A DNA stretch of 64,000 bases from Selaginella moellendorffii. Taxonomy: Eukaryota; Plantae; Lycopodiophyta. The notes under the pieces were generated by a model, which searched no databases, was not told the origin of the DNA, and saw only the letters and a program-made list of their open reading frames with translations. The stretch's first letter is position 1, and each line of letters opens with the position of its first letter. Location of the stretch: positions 943,231 to 1,007,230 of the forward strand of contig NW_003314320.1 in assembly GCF_000143415.4 (NCBI RefSeq). The letters run 5' to 3'. The position numbers were made by a program, and so were the translations under genes. Of the stretch, positions 1 to 11,827 are shown in pieces.

Positions 1-825
1 ACTTACAAGGAACTCGTTCACAAGATTCCCCAGGCTGACAGAGTGTTAGTGAATTCGATCGAGGGGATTGAAGAGCCAGCAGTCGATTCCCTGATCGGCA
101 GCGGGATAAACATCAAGCCCATCGGGCCATTGCATCTCCTCTCCGACAAATTGGGCACCAGCGCCCCGCAAGGAGAAGATTGCAAAAAGGAGCCGAGCGC
201 GATCATCCAGTGGCTGGGCGCGAGGCCAGATTCCAGTGTGATCTACGTCGCATTTGGCACTACGATGTCAGTAGCCAATGGGCAATTCGAGGAGCTCGCG
301 TCGGCTCTGGAAGAATCGAGGCAGGAATTCGTGTGGGCAATTAGAGACTCGTCGTTAATTCCTCCCGGATTTCAGGAAAGAATGTCCAAACTAGATCAAG
401 GGCTGGTAGTGTCCTGGGCGCCTCAGCTGGAGATTCTGGGACACAGATCTGTCGGTGGATTTCTCACTCACTGCGGCTGGAATTCCGTGGTGGAATCCAT
501 GTCGTTTGGAATGCCCATGGTGGCTAGGCCCATTACCGGCGATCAAGTTCTTACGGCGAAGTTTGTGATCGACGAATGGGGCATTGGAGTTGGAGTGCGA
601 GGGATTGAATTGGGGCGAGAGCTGGCGCGCAAGGATGATCTCAAGAACTCGATCAAAGCTCTTATGGAAGCCGACCCAAAAACTAGCGAGATTTGGAAGA
701 ATGCCAGGCGCGTCAAAGAAGTGGTAAGAGCTGCCATGAAGAACAAAGGATCTTCACGGAATAATCTCGACTCTTTGGTTTGTGATTTACATGAGCGGGT
801 AAAAGCTAAGCGTGTTTTTATCTAA
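1..825 (+). CDS. UDP-glycosyltransferase (family 1), 3' part; 5' end lies outside the window
   Basis: PSPG box WAPQLEILGHRSVGGFLTHCGWNSVVESMSFGMPMVARPITGDQ; C-terminal GSSRNNLDSLV; near-identical to the minus-strand copy at 51473-52973. Confidence 0.95.
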   Translation, partial: TYKELVHKIPQADRVLVNSIEGIEEPAVDSLIGSGINIKPIGPLHLLSDKLGTSAPQGEDCKKEPSAIIQWLGARPDSSVIYVAFGTTMSVANGQFEELASALEESRQEFVWAIRDSSLIPPGFQERMSKLDQGLVVSWAPQLEILGHRSVGGFLTHCGWNSVVESMSFGMPMVARPITGDQVLTAKFVIDEWGIGVGVRGIELGRELARKDDLKNSIKALMEADPKTSEIWKNARRVKEVVRAAMKNKGSSRNNLDSLVCDLHERVKAKRVFI

Positions 826-890
826 GAAAATTTAAAGGCGGCCCATGCCCTAATTTTAGCAACCTTAAAACACTCTGTTAAAAAAGAGAG

Positions 891-899
891 GGCGGGAAT
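891..899 (-). promoter_or_regulatory. E2F-binding consensus ATTCCCGCC overlapping the putative E2F ATG
   Basis: + strand GGCGGGAAT; the reverse complement matches WTTSSCSS. Confidence 0.4.
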
Positions 900-2628
900 G
901 GGAGCTAGGAGCCCTAATCCGCTTGACGATGGCGCGGAGGAGCGCGCAGCGGCGCTAGTGTGAGTTTCTTGTTGATATTTCGGCCTCTCCTCCATCCATG
1001 GGGCCTTTGTCATCTGGAACGAGGAGCGGCAGCCGGATGAAGAACGCAAGGAAAGGGTTGCCGCAATCGGGGCCAGGTAGCTCGTTTGGTAAGCGATTTC
1101 TCGCGATCAGCCGCTCACACTGTGCTCATTTCGTTCGATCAGGCTCTCCAGCGCCTAGCACTTGTAGATACGACAGCTCTCTAGGTACGATTCGTCAGTG
1201 CTGTACACTGATTTGTCTGGTTTTCTGCCAGGACTATTGACAAAGAAGTTTATCAATCTGATCGATCAAGCGGAGGATGGCGTTCTCGATCTCAACAATG
1301 CCGCGGACACCTTACATGTAAGCTTGAAACATTTTTTTCCTTTAGTTTTGTTGAGTTCATTTCTTTCGAGCAGGTCCAAAAGCGGAGGATATATGATATC
1401 ACGAATGTGCTCGAAGGGATTGGCCTGATTGAGAAGAAGCTAAAGAACAGAATAAGATGGAAGTAAGCTAAGCTCGTCTCGTCTTATGATGTTTGCTATT
1501 TTCTTTGTTAATGCTCAGGGGACTGGGGCTGTCCGTGGCAGACTCGGATAGTACTGGTCTTTTATCGAGTCTTCAGGTATCTACAAAAACTTTGGTGATC
1601 TTTTTGCTAAAACCTGTCTCTGTTGTTGACAAGAGTGAAGTTGATGACCTCCATGCTCAAGAAGAGAGTCTGGACGAGAAAATAAGGTAGGCTTTCTGGT
1701 GTATTTGTCTTTCTGATGTACTAAACCCCGATATTGGTACAGGGCGATGAGAGAAAAACTGAAAACCATGTGTGAGGACGTGAGCAACCAGCAGTACGTA
1801 TTATTTTCAGACTTCACAGTTTGAAATGTGCTTTCTGTCAGATGGCTCTATGTTACTGAAGACGATATAAAGGGACTTCCTTGCTTCCAGGTAACTAGTT
1901 TGCTCGCTTGACCGTGTGGCAACTTGTATACGATGAGTTTCAATGAACAGAACGAAACTTTGATCGCAATAAAAGCACCCCAAGGGACAACATTAGAGGT
2001 TCCTGATCCCGACGAGGTAACGCTTGCAGCGATTCACTTTCTGATTAAAAGACTCTTGTGTTCTGTAGGCCGTGGAGTATCCTCAAAGAAGGTACCAAAT
2101 ACTTTTGCGAAGTGCGTTTGGGCCGATTGATGTCTATCTCGTGAGGTAGCAATTACGTTTTTTCTACTTCTGTTTATCTTTGCTGCGCTAATCCTTATAA
2201 CAGTCACTACGGCGAGACAAACGAATCAATCGACATCACGTTGCAACACGGTTCTGAGAACTCCGTGGTACTACGAAGCTCCCAAAGCTCGTCTCCTCCG
2301 CAGCCGCAGGAAGAAGCACCGTCCGGTACAGAGAAATCCACTGGAGTTTCTGGCGATGGTGGTGGCATCATGAAGATTTTGCCAACTGAAGTGGAGGTAA
2401 GCAGTTCCTCACGCTTGTTCAAACGTGTTAGTCTCTTGTTGTCAGGGTGAAACGGACTACTGGCTTGTCTCTGACGGCGCTGGCGCTGGAATCACAGAGC
2501 TGTGGGCTGAAGATTGTATCCTTGCTTTAAGCTTTTTACGTTTTCTTCCCCTCTTTCTTTAACGCTTTTCAGCTTGTTGGGACTCACTCGAAGACGAAGA
2601 ACAAGCTCAAGCAGTGGCTCCACTATAA
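898..2628 (+). CDS. E2F: Canonical E2F transcription factor (E2FA/B-like), multi-exon; start at ATG 898 or 998
   Basis: Spliced peptides [60 protein letters not shown] (DNA-binding domain), marked box [22 protein letters not shown] and RB-binding [13 protein letters not shown]; stop TAA 2626-2628. Confidence 0.93.
2516..2572 (+). other. U12-type (minor spliceosome) GT-AG intron in E2F
   Basis: 5' site GTATCCTTG, branch TCTTTAAC at 2556-2563, AG at 2571-2572; splicing restores WAEDSCWDSLE. Confidence 0.85.
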
Positions 2629-2815
2629 TGATAAGTTGTATGTACACCAAATTTTCATTCTTTTTTCCTATATAGCATTGGCGTTTAAGTTTCTCTAACA
2701 ATCCACGCTTACAAGCTCTAAGCTAGATTCTACCAGCTGAATGGAACAAATAAGTCCTTGTTCTTGCAGTTCTTGCAGGACTCCTTGTACATCAGAGGAT
2801 ATACTGGTAGCTTTC

Positions 2816-2971
2816 CCGTTTGGCCTCGGCCTCGTTATCTACCAAACTATCCCAAACCGTTGATTCTTCCGTCATCCCCGCCGTCCGCGTTTGCCGGAAT
2901 GTCCGTGCTGGAATATCCTCTCCATTTCTTTTGGATTGCATGAAAACTTCCCGCCGTCTGTTTCGGCCGTT
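2816..2971 (-). promoter_or_regulatory. Cluster of three MSA-like AACGG cores upstream of kinesin-8
   Basis: CCGTT at 2816-2820, 2857-2861 and 2967-2971; also TTCCCGCC at 2948-2955 and TGACGTGGC at 2984-2992. Confidence 0.5.
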
Positions 2972-3427
2972 TCCACGATCGTGTGACGTGGCATTTTTTA
3001 TCCTGCAGTAAAAACGCTATTTTGCCAGCCACCGACCGTCCCCACATTATTCCTTCTTCTTCTCCCTTCTTCCATTCTCCACCATTTTTTGTTACCGCGC
3101 CTTTCTTTTCTTTCTGGCCTCGCTGGTCGTTCTTCTTCCCTCCGCGATTTCTTGGCGGTAGGGTTTGGCGCCTTAGGGTTTGCAGATCGGGGCCCGTGGA
3201 TTTCCAGGAGACAATGCGCTCATGTCTCAGCAGGAATCAGTAATGCAGAATGTAGATCAGGGAATGCGCGTAGCTTAGGGGCGCTGCTGGCCCGGTCTGG
3301 CAATGCGAGAAAAGAATGGTGAATTCGCCATGCAGCATCAAGCGAGGCCATTGGCTGTGGTGTCCAGGCTCCAGGCGATGATTTGCTAGTTCTGCCACAG
3401 CTGCCTGGATCCTAGTGATGACTGAAA

Positions 3428-6400
3428 ATGATGCGGGCAATTCGACCTCCAGAATCCAAACAGGCGACCACTTTGCTGGTATGTTTTCTCTAGATTCTCG
3501 GAGCTCTTGTGAATGAATCTACCTTGGAAACCGTAGGTTGCGGTGAGATGCCGTCCGCTTACTTCGAAGGAACAGACCAAGAGCCGAGACATTTTACGAG
3601 TAGTCGATGACAAGGTACGAGAGAGCGTGCTCGAGCTTCCAGCCTGAGATACTGCAATGTTTCTGTAGGTGGTCGTTGTGCTGGACCCGGATTCCTCTAA
3701 AGAATATCTGGATCGGGTTCAAAATCGAAGCAAGGAAAAGAAATACGTTTTTGATGTTGCATTTGGACCAGAATGCTCCAACAAGGTAATGTCAAAATCT
3801 GGATCTGTGTTGTCGCACCGCTATATGAATTCTTTAATAGGATGTGTACAATGTTACTGTCGGATCCATGATTGAGGGGGTGTTGAGGGGATTGAACGCT
3901 ACGGTGTTTGCGTATGGAGCCACCGGCAGGTATTTATGAATTATCAATAGTGTTTGTTGTTGCTAAGAGCGCTGTTTCTCTCAGTGGCAAAACTCACACG
4001 ATGGCTGGTTTGCCAGAGGATCCAGGTCTGATGGTTCTAAGCTTGCAAGAGATTTTTGGCCTCATAACTAAGCAGGAGCAAGAACATGACTTCGAGGTTA
4101 CTTGCTCCTACTTGGAAGTTTACAATGAGGTAGAACCAATCGGTATTTCGTCGGAATTTTTGTAGTAAGTTCAGTTGTCGTAGTGCAGGTTATTTATGAT
4201 TTGTTGGAGAAATCGTCTGGTCATTTAGAACTACGAGAAGATCCCGATCAAGGCATCACGGTTGCTGGTCTAAAACGAATCCAGGTGACGAAGTTTAACT
4301 CAACGGAATAAAATCTTGACGCTTTTACTTCGTCAGGTAAACTCAGCTGAAAAGATTCTGGAGCTTCTCAACCTTGGGAACAGTCGTCGTAAAACGGAAA
4401 GCACTAATGCCAATGCCACGTCTTCGAGGCAAGTTTTTCTTGTTAATATCCAAGCCTAACGCCCTCATTGTGTGCAGATCACATGCCGTTCTAGAAATAA
4501 TTGTGAAGAGGAAACAAAGAAATCAATACAGATCTCAAGTCTTACGAGGAAAGCTGGCGCTTGTCGACCTTGCTGGAAGGTTTGTCTGTCACTTTCATCT
4601 CGAGACCCTGAGACATTTGCTCTTTCTTTTGCAGTGAAAGAGCATCGGAAACGAATAATGCTGGGCAAAAGCTGAGAGACGGGGCTAATATCAACCGTTC
4701 ATTGCTTGCTTTAGCAAATTGTATCAACGCTCTTGGCAAGCAACAAAAGAAGGGCCTCGCCTATGTCCCATATCGTAACAGGTAGCTCGCTACTTTTTTC
4801 TCAGTGGTCATTGCTACTTTGTTCCTTCCAGCAAACTGACGCGGCTTCTGAAAGATGGCTTAAGTGGCAATTCGCGTACCGTGATGGTTGCGACGGTTTC
4901 CTGTGCCGATGATCAGTATCATCATACAACCAATACTCTGAAATATGCTGACCGAGCGAAAGAAATCAAAACTCACATTCAGGTATGTTACGTTGTGATT
5001 ACACTCCACTAATTACAGTTCTTGATTGTCCAGACAAATGTGGGAACTGTGGATGCACATGTTGCAGATTATCAACGAATGATTGACAATCTTCAGGTAA
5101 GAAGCCTGTAATCTTTTATGCTTCTTTTAAGCTTGTGTAACGTCTATAGGTGGAAGTAAGTCAACTGCGCAGGGAGCTTGCTGAGAAGGAAACTCAGCTC
5201 AGTTCCCGGACCCCGGAAAAGGCTGATGACGAGCTTTCATGGTTGGACGTTTTGAGTCACGACATCAATGAGAACGTGGAAATGCGAGTCAATCTGCAGA
5301 AGGCGTTGTTTGAGCTCGAGGACATGAATTTACACAACCGAATGGAGCTTCAACAGCTTGACGAGCTAATTGCACAGCATCAGGTGAGGATTCTGCGGCA
5401 CTTATAATTCATCTGATCTTGTTGTTTTATCAGGATGAAGAAGGGGATGGTGAGAAGCTAGATGACCTTATCGAAAGGAGGCAAGTAGTGCTCGATAATA
5501 TCCGGGACAATGACGAAGCTGGGGCTCATTACCGACAGGTCTGATTTTATCCCTTTTAGTCGCTGCTGATTGTGTTGTTTTGTACCAGGATATTGAACAC
5601 AATGAGAAACAACGCAAAGAGCTTCAGCGGCAGATTGATGAGGCTATTAGCAGCAATCGCAATAAAACATATCTGCGCATCCTTAGCCAATATAGGCTAT
5701 TGGTAAGCCATTTAGTTTCGTAAGCATTTTAACGGACTCCTCCGTAATACTGCAGGGAATGACGAATATGGAGCTGCAATTTCAAATGGCTATCAGGGAT
5801 CAGATAATTCAGGATCAAAGAGAGGCCTTGAACAATATGTGGCGGCTACTGGAAAGCTCGGGACTAAACCACGACCAGATTTTGGAAATTGCTGCTCAAC
5901 AAGGAATAATGATAGAGGACGGCATGCCGATGTCAGGGCGGTCACATTCATCCAATGCTCCCGCGATGCATGGCCAGCCTATGACACCTTCGGCAACACG
6001 GTTCTCAAACATTATTCAGATTCCCAGAAGCGATGGAGAAAATCCGAAAGAGTTTCGAGTGTCCAGCAATGGTTCTATTCGGGAACCTTTGGACACGCCA
6101 ATGTCTCCCGGCACTCCAAACATGGATTGGAGACTAACAGAGAGTGACTGCATCGGCCAGGCAAATTTCAAGGCGAAGTGTTTGGGAAATTCGACTCCTC
6201 TTCCCGACGTGAAGCCTCAAGGTGACACGGTTGAGAATAGCAAGGACCTGTCTCCGGAGAAGTTCCGGGAGATATGCAAGCAGGTCTTGTTGGAAAGCGG
6301 GGTTTTGGGGAGAACAGATACGGGGTCAGATACGTCTTGCTCATGCTCTTCGAGGCTGCGCTCTCAGACAGCTCATGGAGCTCGAAAGGTGGTGACTCCT

Positions 6401-7162
6401 TTGAAGCACAAGCGAAAGCCCCGATCAGCCGACTGCCGCGTACGCCAATGCACGCATGAGTTACTGGCGGATGGAAACACCACTGGTGTTGACGCCGGTA
6501 GCGAGGGCAGTGAAACTGAAGATTCGGATCATTGCTTGACGAGTGCTACAAGGCACAAGCCAAGTGGACAACAGGCTGTAGACAACAAAATGCTTCAAAG
6601 GGTATGACTTTCGCGTGTCCAAAAAAACTAACCACTTTGTATTTTTAATATGCAGGAGCTTTCAAGGCTGGATAACGAGCTCCAAGATCTTAAGCGGGGC
6701 ATTGAAAGGAACACTTCGCTGCAAGCCTTTAGTTCGAGTAGGGGCCACAGTGCACATATTAACTCGGAAGTGGCAAGAGCAAGCAGCAGGAACTCGTCGT
6801 CTCCATTTTTGGGAAACAAGGCCGGTGTAGTTCATAGCGGTGACTTCTCGAGATCAGCTCCAACTAGTGGACATGTGCCATACAGTCATAGAGTTAGTAG
6901 CCAGAACCAGGCATCGTTTTCCACGATCGGGACGCCAGTGTTGGATAGGAGGCAGTGGGGGAAAGTAGGTAGTCTGGATGTTTCAGCAGCAGGACGAGAG
7001 GTTCCTGCGTCGAAAGTTTTTCTTTTCAGCTCGCCCGACTTGGTAGATGGTGGTCGCTCGGTTGTTAACTTGAAGTCCAAGGGATTGACAGACAGGGTCA
7101 GTCCGCCTTCTCGTGGACGTCAGCTCTGGCCCCCGAGGAACATCCCGGAATGGACGGCATGA
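3428..7162 (+). CDS. Kinesin-8 family motor (KIN8B/At3g49650-like), multi-exon
   Basis: [54 protein letters not shown]-loop AYGATGSGKTHTM, switch [40 protein letters not shown]; coiled-coil stalk and low-complexity tail. Confidence 0.93.
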
Positions 7163-7392
7163 TCGAACTTTTTTGCAACGATCTCGTTCCTTGTTTTCTT
7201 CGAGGTAAATGTTTCCTAGAGCATTCCTTCAAGTCGGCTTTTAACTGTTCTTACCACAGGTTTTGAGGGGGTTTGTTTTTTGGTTCCTCCATACATTTTG
7301 TTTAATTTGGAGCGTTTGTAACATTTGTAAGCGAAAGTTTTTTTGTTCTTTTCATTCCGTGTGTAACTTGTTACAGATGATCATGTTTCTCG

Positions 7393-9787
7393 CTATAGAT
7401 CCATACAGAGCTCTGTTAAAATTGACGCGGCCCGGCGCCTCGTCCTGGGGGTAACTTTCCACTTCTCGACCAGCACCTTTTTGATGCTCAAGCAACCGGT
7501 CACCACGGTCGCGACTCCTGCAGCAGTTACGTATGGACAATAAACCATGTGACAAGCTTCGAGTTTGGTACAAGACGCCACAAGGAAACCCAGTCCGGCG
7601 TCCGTGATACTTCTACAATGTGACAGTATGATTTCTCTGAGGCTCCGGCATCCACCGGCCAGCGCTGCGAGTCCCTCGTCGCCTACGCTCTGGGAAGAAA
7701 AAGAACTCGAGCTGAGTTAACTCGCAAAGTCATCACTGAGTGAGTACCTGGCAAACGCTCACGTCCAAATGTATCAGCTCTGGGCATCCTTTCGCAATCG
7801 CAGAAATGCCAGCGTCTCCAACGCGATGGCAACCACTTACGTTCAGATGCTTGAGCTCCGAGCAGCCTGCTCCAATTGCTGCCAGGCCATCGTCTCCAAC
7901 TCTGCGAATCATCACAAAGAAACTACTATAGAACGAGAAACTTTGGAGCCTACATACCGGTCACAGAATCGCATACTCAAGTCGGTCAGTCTCTCGCAGT
8001 GCTGGCCAACGGCGACGATGGCTTTGTCTCCAATCTGCAACATAATCCAGTTAAGGCCAGCGTGAGATGGCGGAGCTCGAGTACCTTGTAGCAGCGTCTT
8101 ATATGGAGCCTCTTTAGACCGGGACAGCCTCCAGCGATGCTACGAATGGAGGAGTCTCCAATGGCCGAGCAGTCGACGAGAATGAGCGCCTGTAGAAGCT
8201 TGCAGCCTCTGCCAATCTCGGACAAGCCATCGTCTCCAATCTTTTGGCAGTACTTGAGCACTACCTCCGTGAGCTTTCTGGAGCGAGGTTCCAACGTAAG
8301 CAACGAGCATTCCATTCCGGCGAGAGTGGAAAGTTTACCGGCAGGAGCGTCCCACTGCTCGGACTCCAGAAGTGGAAATGTTGTGGCAGCCATTTATCTC
8401 CAGCGACGAGAGCTCAGTACAGCCGCTGGCAATCGCCGCCAGCGTCGTGTCCGTGAGGAAGTAACAGTCACTCAGCGTGAGGCTTGTGAGCTGCTTGCAG
8501 CCATGCCCGATCGCCAAGAAGCCTCTGCAGAGAAATGGATCCAAAAGTAAGAAGAACGAACGAAGAAGAGTACGAAGAGCTCACTTGTCAAACTTTTGGA
8601 AGCTGTGCAACGCTAGCGTTTCCAGCGACCGGCAGTAGCGTCCCACGGAGTCCAAGGCTTCGTCCTCGACGTTCACGCACAGCATCCTCAGGTACTTGAG
8701 CCTCGGGCATCCCCTGGCCACGGCCTGGACGCCGTCACTCTTGAATCCCTCCGAGTCGAGCGTGAGCCTCTCCAGCAGCGAGCAGTTCTTTCCCACGGCT
8801 GCCAGAGTCGCGTCCGTTACCCGGGGGCACACGGATATGATGAGCGCCTTGAGTGACTTTGCGCAGCCCGTGGCGATCGCCATAAGTCCCAAGTCCGTTA
8901 CTCCATCGCAGAAGCGAAGGTTGAGATCCTCGAGCTTGCAAAACTGACCGATGGCCTTGAGCCCGTCGTCTCCTACGTAACATCCCTGCGAAGCAATGAG
9001 AGCAATGAGAGCTCCCAACGTCAAGAAAGAAAGAAAGCAAGCAAGCGGCTCACCTGGAGCTCTAGATTTTTCAAGCCGCAGCAATTCTCGGCCAGGGACT
9101 TGAATCCGGTGCTGCTAATGGCCGAGCACCAGACGAGCGTCAGCTTCTCCAGCCTCGGACATCCTTGTCCCAGCAGCATCAACCCGCTGTCCGAGAGGCT
9201 GCTCCACAGACTCTCCGTCAAGAGTGGTGATAGCTCGTCAGCTCCTCTGCGACGCTTTCGTCCCCTCCGGCTGGTCGCGTCGCCATTCTGGATCAAGGAA
9301 AAACCAAACTTTGAAAACCTCCAAGGAAAGAACTCTAGAACCAGCCAAAAGAGCGAGCATTCTCAACCAAACAAGCCGAGGAAGAATCCACGCAAAGAAA
9401 GAGTCGAGCGAAGATAAGCAAGAACAAACTAGAGATAAGAAAGAAGAATCGTACCTGATCTGCGCTGCCCCTTCTCGGCGTCCTGAGAAGAAAAGATCGC
9501 CGCGGCTGGAAAGTAGGCCGGCCCTGGTGGTGGAGCTGGATTGGAACCCTCTCATCGAAGCTCACGTCTCGCAGCCCCGTGAATCGTCTCACCACCGCCG
9601 TGACGCAAGCGTCCGGGTTCCCGGACGCGCCAATCCGGATCGAGTGCCGGGTCTCGCTCTCCAGCTGCCACCATCGCTTGCAAACCAGCGAGCACGAGCC
9701 CCGGTCGCTGGGAACGTCCAGATAGCTCAGGATGTGAATGAGCGCCTCGTCCGGCAGCACATCGTTGAGAAGATCGTGGCCCTTCAT
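7393..9787 (-). CDS. FBL4: F-box/LRR-repeat protein 4-like, multi-exon
   Basis: N-terminal F-box MKGHDLLNDVLPDEALIHILSYLD..CSLVCKRW..RIGASG; many Cys-containing LRRs; C-terminus KKVLVEKWKVTPRTRRRAASILTELCMDL*. Confidence 0.9.
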
Positions 9788-10097
9788 CTCGCTAAACTAG
9801 GCGGCCTGGCGAGGGAGGAGGAGAAGAAAAGCCCCTTGTGTCGCTCCTCCTCATTCCGAATGCCCTCCACCTTCTCGTCGCCAAGATCTTACCGCACGGT
9901 CAAAGAACCCTACTCGCGAGGGATTCAATCGATTCCTCCGCCTCCCCGCCGCGAGCGCAGCGTAAGTTCCACCAGAGATGGTGTCGACCTAATTTTCTCA
10001 TCCCTTTTCTTGAGGAGAATCTACGCAGAATATTCTTTAATCTTTTAAACTTTTAAAAAATGCCAGAGTACTTTTAGGGTTCTTGAGAGAGTGGGGG

Positions 10098-11125
10098 ATG
10101 GGGCCGGCCAGGCCCAGGATTGTGTTGTTTGGCGATTCTATCACGCAGCAATCCTTTGGGCCTGGTGGATGGGGCGCTGCTCTAGCTCATCACTACTGCC
10201 GCAAGGTAACATTGTAACAGCCAAGCTTTTGCTCGATTTGTTCTTTCCATTCAGGCGGATATTGTGCTTCGAGGCTACAGTGGCTACAATAGCAGCTGGG
10301 CACTTTTCCTCCTACACAAGATCTTCCCTTCCTCTTTGGTACGAGTGTTATGAGTCCATTTTGTGCCGTGTTTTCTACTCAGGGTCTTTGATCGTTTGAA
10401 GTGTTGATACTCTTGGCAGGAAGAAGACGCTCCACTGGCCGTGACCATTTTCTTTGGAGCCAACGATGCCGCTTTGCCCGACCGTGGCAGCTCTCACCAA
10501 CACGTTCCACTCCCAACTTACAAGACAAATCTCAAGCGCATCATCTCGCACCTCAAGGTAGAGAAACACCACAGTAGAACACTAATGGATTCTCGTTTCT
10601 TCTTCTCTCCATAGGCAGTCTCTAAACGCACACACATCGTCCTCATCACTCCTCCTCCAATTGATGAGAAAGCTCGTCGGGAGTTTGCTATGTCTGCTCT
10701 TTTCTTTTGTGTGTTCTATCCGTCCTTACTTCGCGTGTGTTTTGGCTGTTCTAGACATACTTATGGTCGAGATGCTCACGAGCTCCCCGAGAGGACGAAT
10801 GCAGTGGCCCAGGAGTATGCCTCGGCTTGCAAGGCCGTAGCTGCTGAAGAGAATGTAGCTGTCATTGATCTATGGACGCTTTTCCAGAAGAACCACGATT
10901 GGCGATCGATCTATCTCAGGTTGGTTTCTATGCCTCTCACTGACTGATTTTTTCTTCTCGTGCAGCGACGGACTTCACCTTACTGCGGCTGGAAATGGTG
11001 TTGTTTTCGACCAAGTCGTGCAGGCTTTCAAGCTTGCAGGGATTGCCGAGGCCGAGCTTTCATTGGACTTCCCGCTTCATTCTTCTATAGACAAAGAACA
11101 CCCAGAGATTGCTTTTAGTACATGA
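10098..11125 (+). CDS. SGNH/GDSL esterase, IAH1/CPRD49-like, multi-exon
   Basis: MGPARPRIVLFGDSITQQSF..GWGAALA, RGYSGYNS, FFGANDA, LITPPPIDE, SDGLHLT. Confidence 0.92.
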
Positions 11126-11434
11126 TTATATTGGAACTTCGTGCCCAACTATGAAACATAGTAGCAGAAAAAATCTAGGCCTATAAGCTGTGCTAAAACT
11201 TTGGAATTTTATTCCAGGTGAACAGTGTTATTAAGAAGAAGGCTATGAATTATGAGGCCACCTACAAAGGTTTTGAGTAATTTAGTGATCAAGAGAATTT
11301 TTGGTTTGCAACTACGGACACGAATACATATTCCCGCACTTGATGTACATGGCAGTCAAACGAAACCATCAGTGTCATGGAAGCTTTCCAGTGAAGAGCC
11401 TTACCTTTGCGGGTGAGCTCGGTTTCACAAATCT

Positions 11435-11827
11435 TCACGCGCTGGGCCTCCTCCTGAACCAGCCTTGAGCGCCGCGACGAGAGCTTGAGCATTGGCCTGG
11501 CAGCCATCGGCCTGCATTTGCTGAAAGAGCTCCAGGGCCGTGTCGCCTTAGCCACTGTCCGTGTAGCCCAGCATCAAAGCCGTCCAAGAGACAATGCCGC
11601 TGTGGGGCATCTTGTCGAAGACGGCGCAAGCTTCGGTCATGGGGCCACACTTGGAGTACGTGCTGATGAGCGTGTTGGCCACGAACGGGTAGGAGTCATC
11701 CCCGGGGATGGCGGCATCCGAGTGGAGGTTCCAAGTCTCTGGAGCTGCCGCAAGATTTCGATGCCGAGATTGCCGAGATCTCAGCCCCGATTTTAGCTGC
11801 TGTAAATGCATTCTCTGCTATCGCCAT
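11435..11827 (-). pseudogene. PLS-type PPR pseudogene fragment
   Basis: SCGSSRDLE/(frameshift)LHSDA..FVANTLISTYSKCGPMTEACAVFDKMPHSGIVSWTALMLGYTDSG*GDTALELFQQMQ; in-frame stop at 11548-11550. Confidence 0.8.

Noticed and set aside
9224-10048. 274-aa plus-strand ORF
   Set aside because: Antisense to GC-rich FBL4 exons; no recognisable domain.
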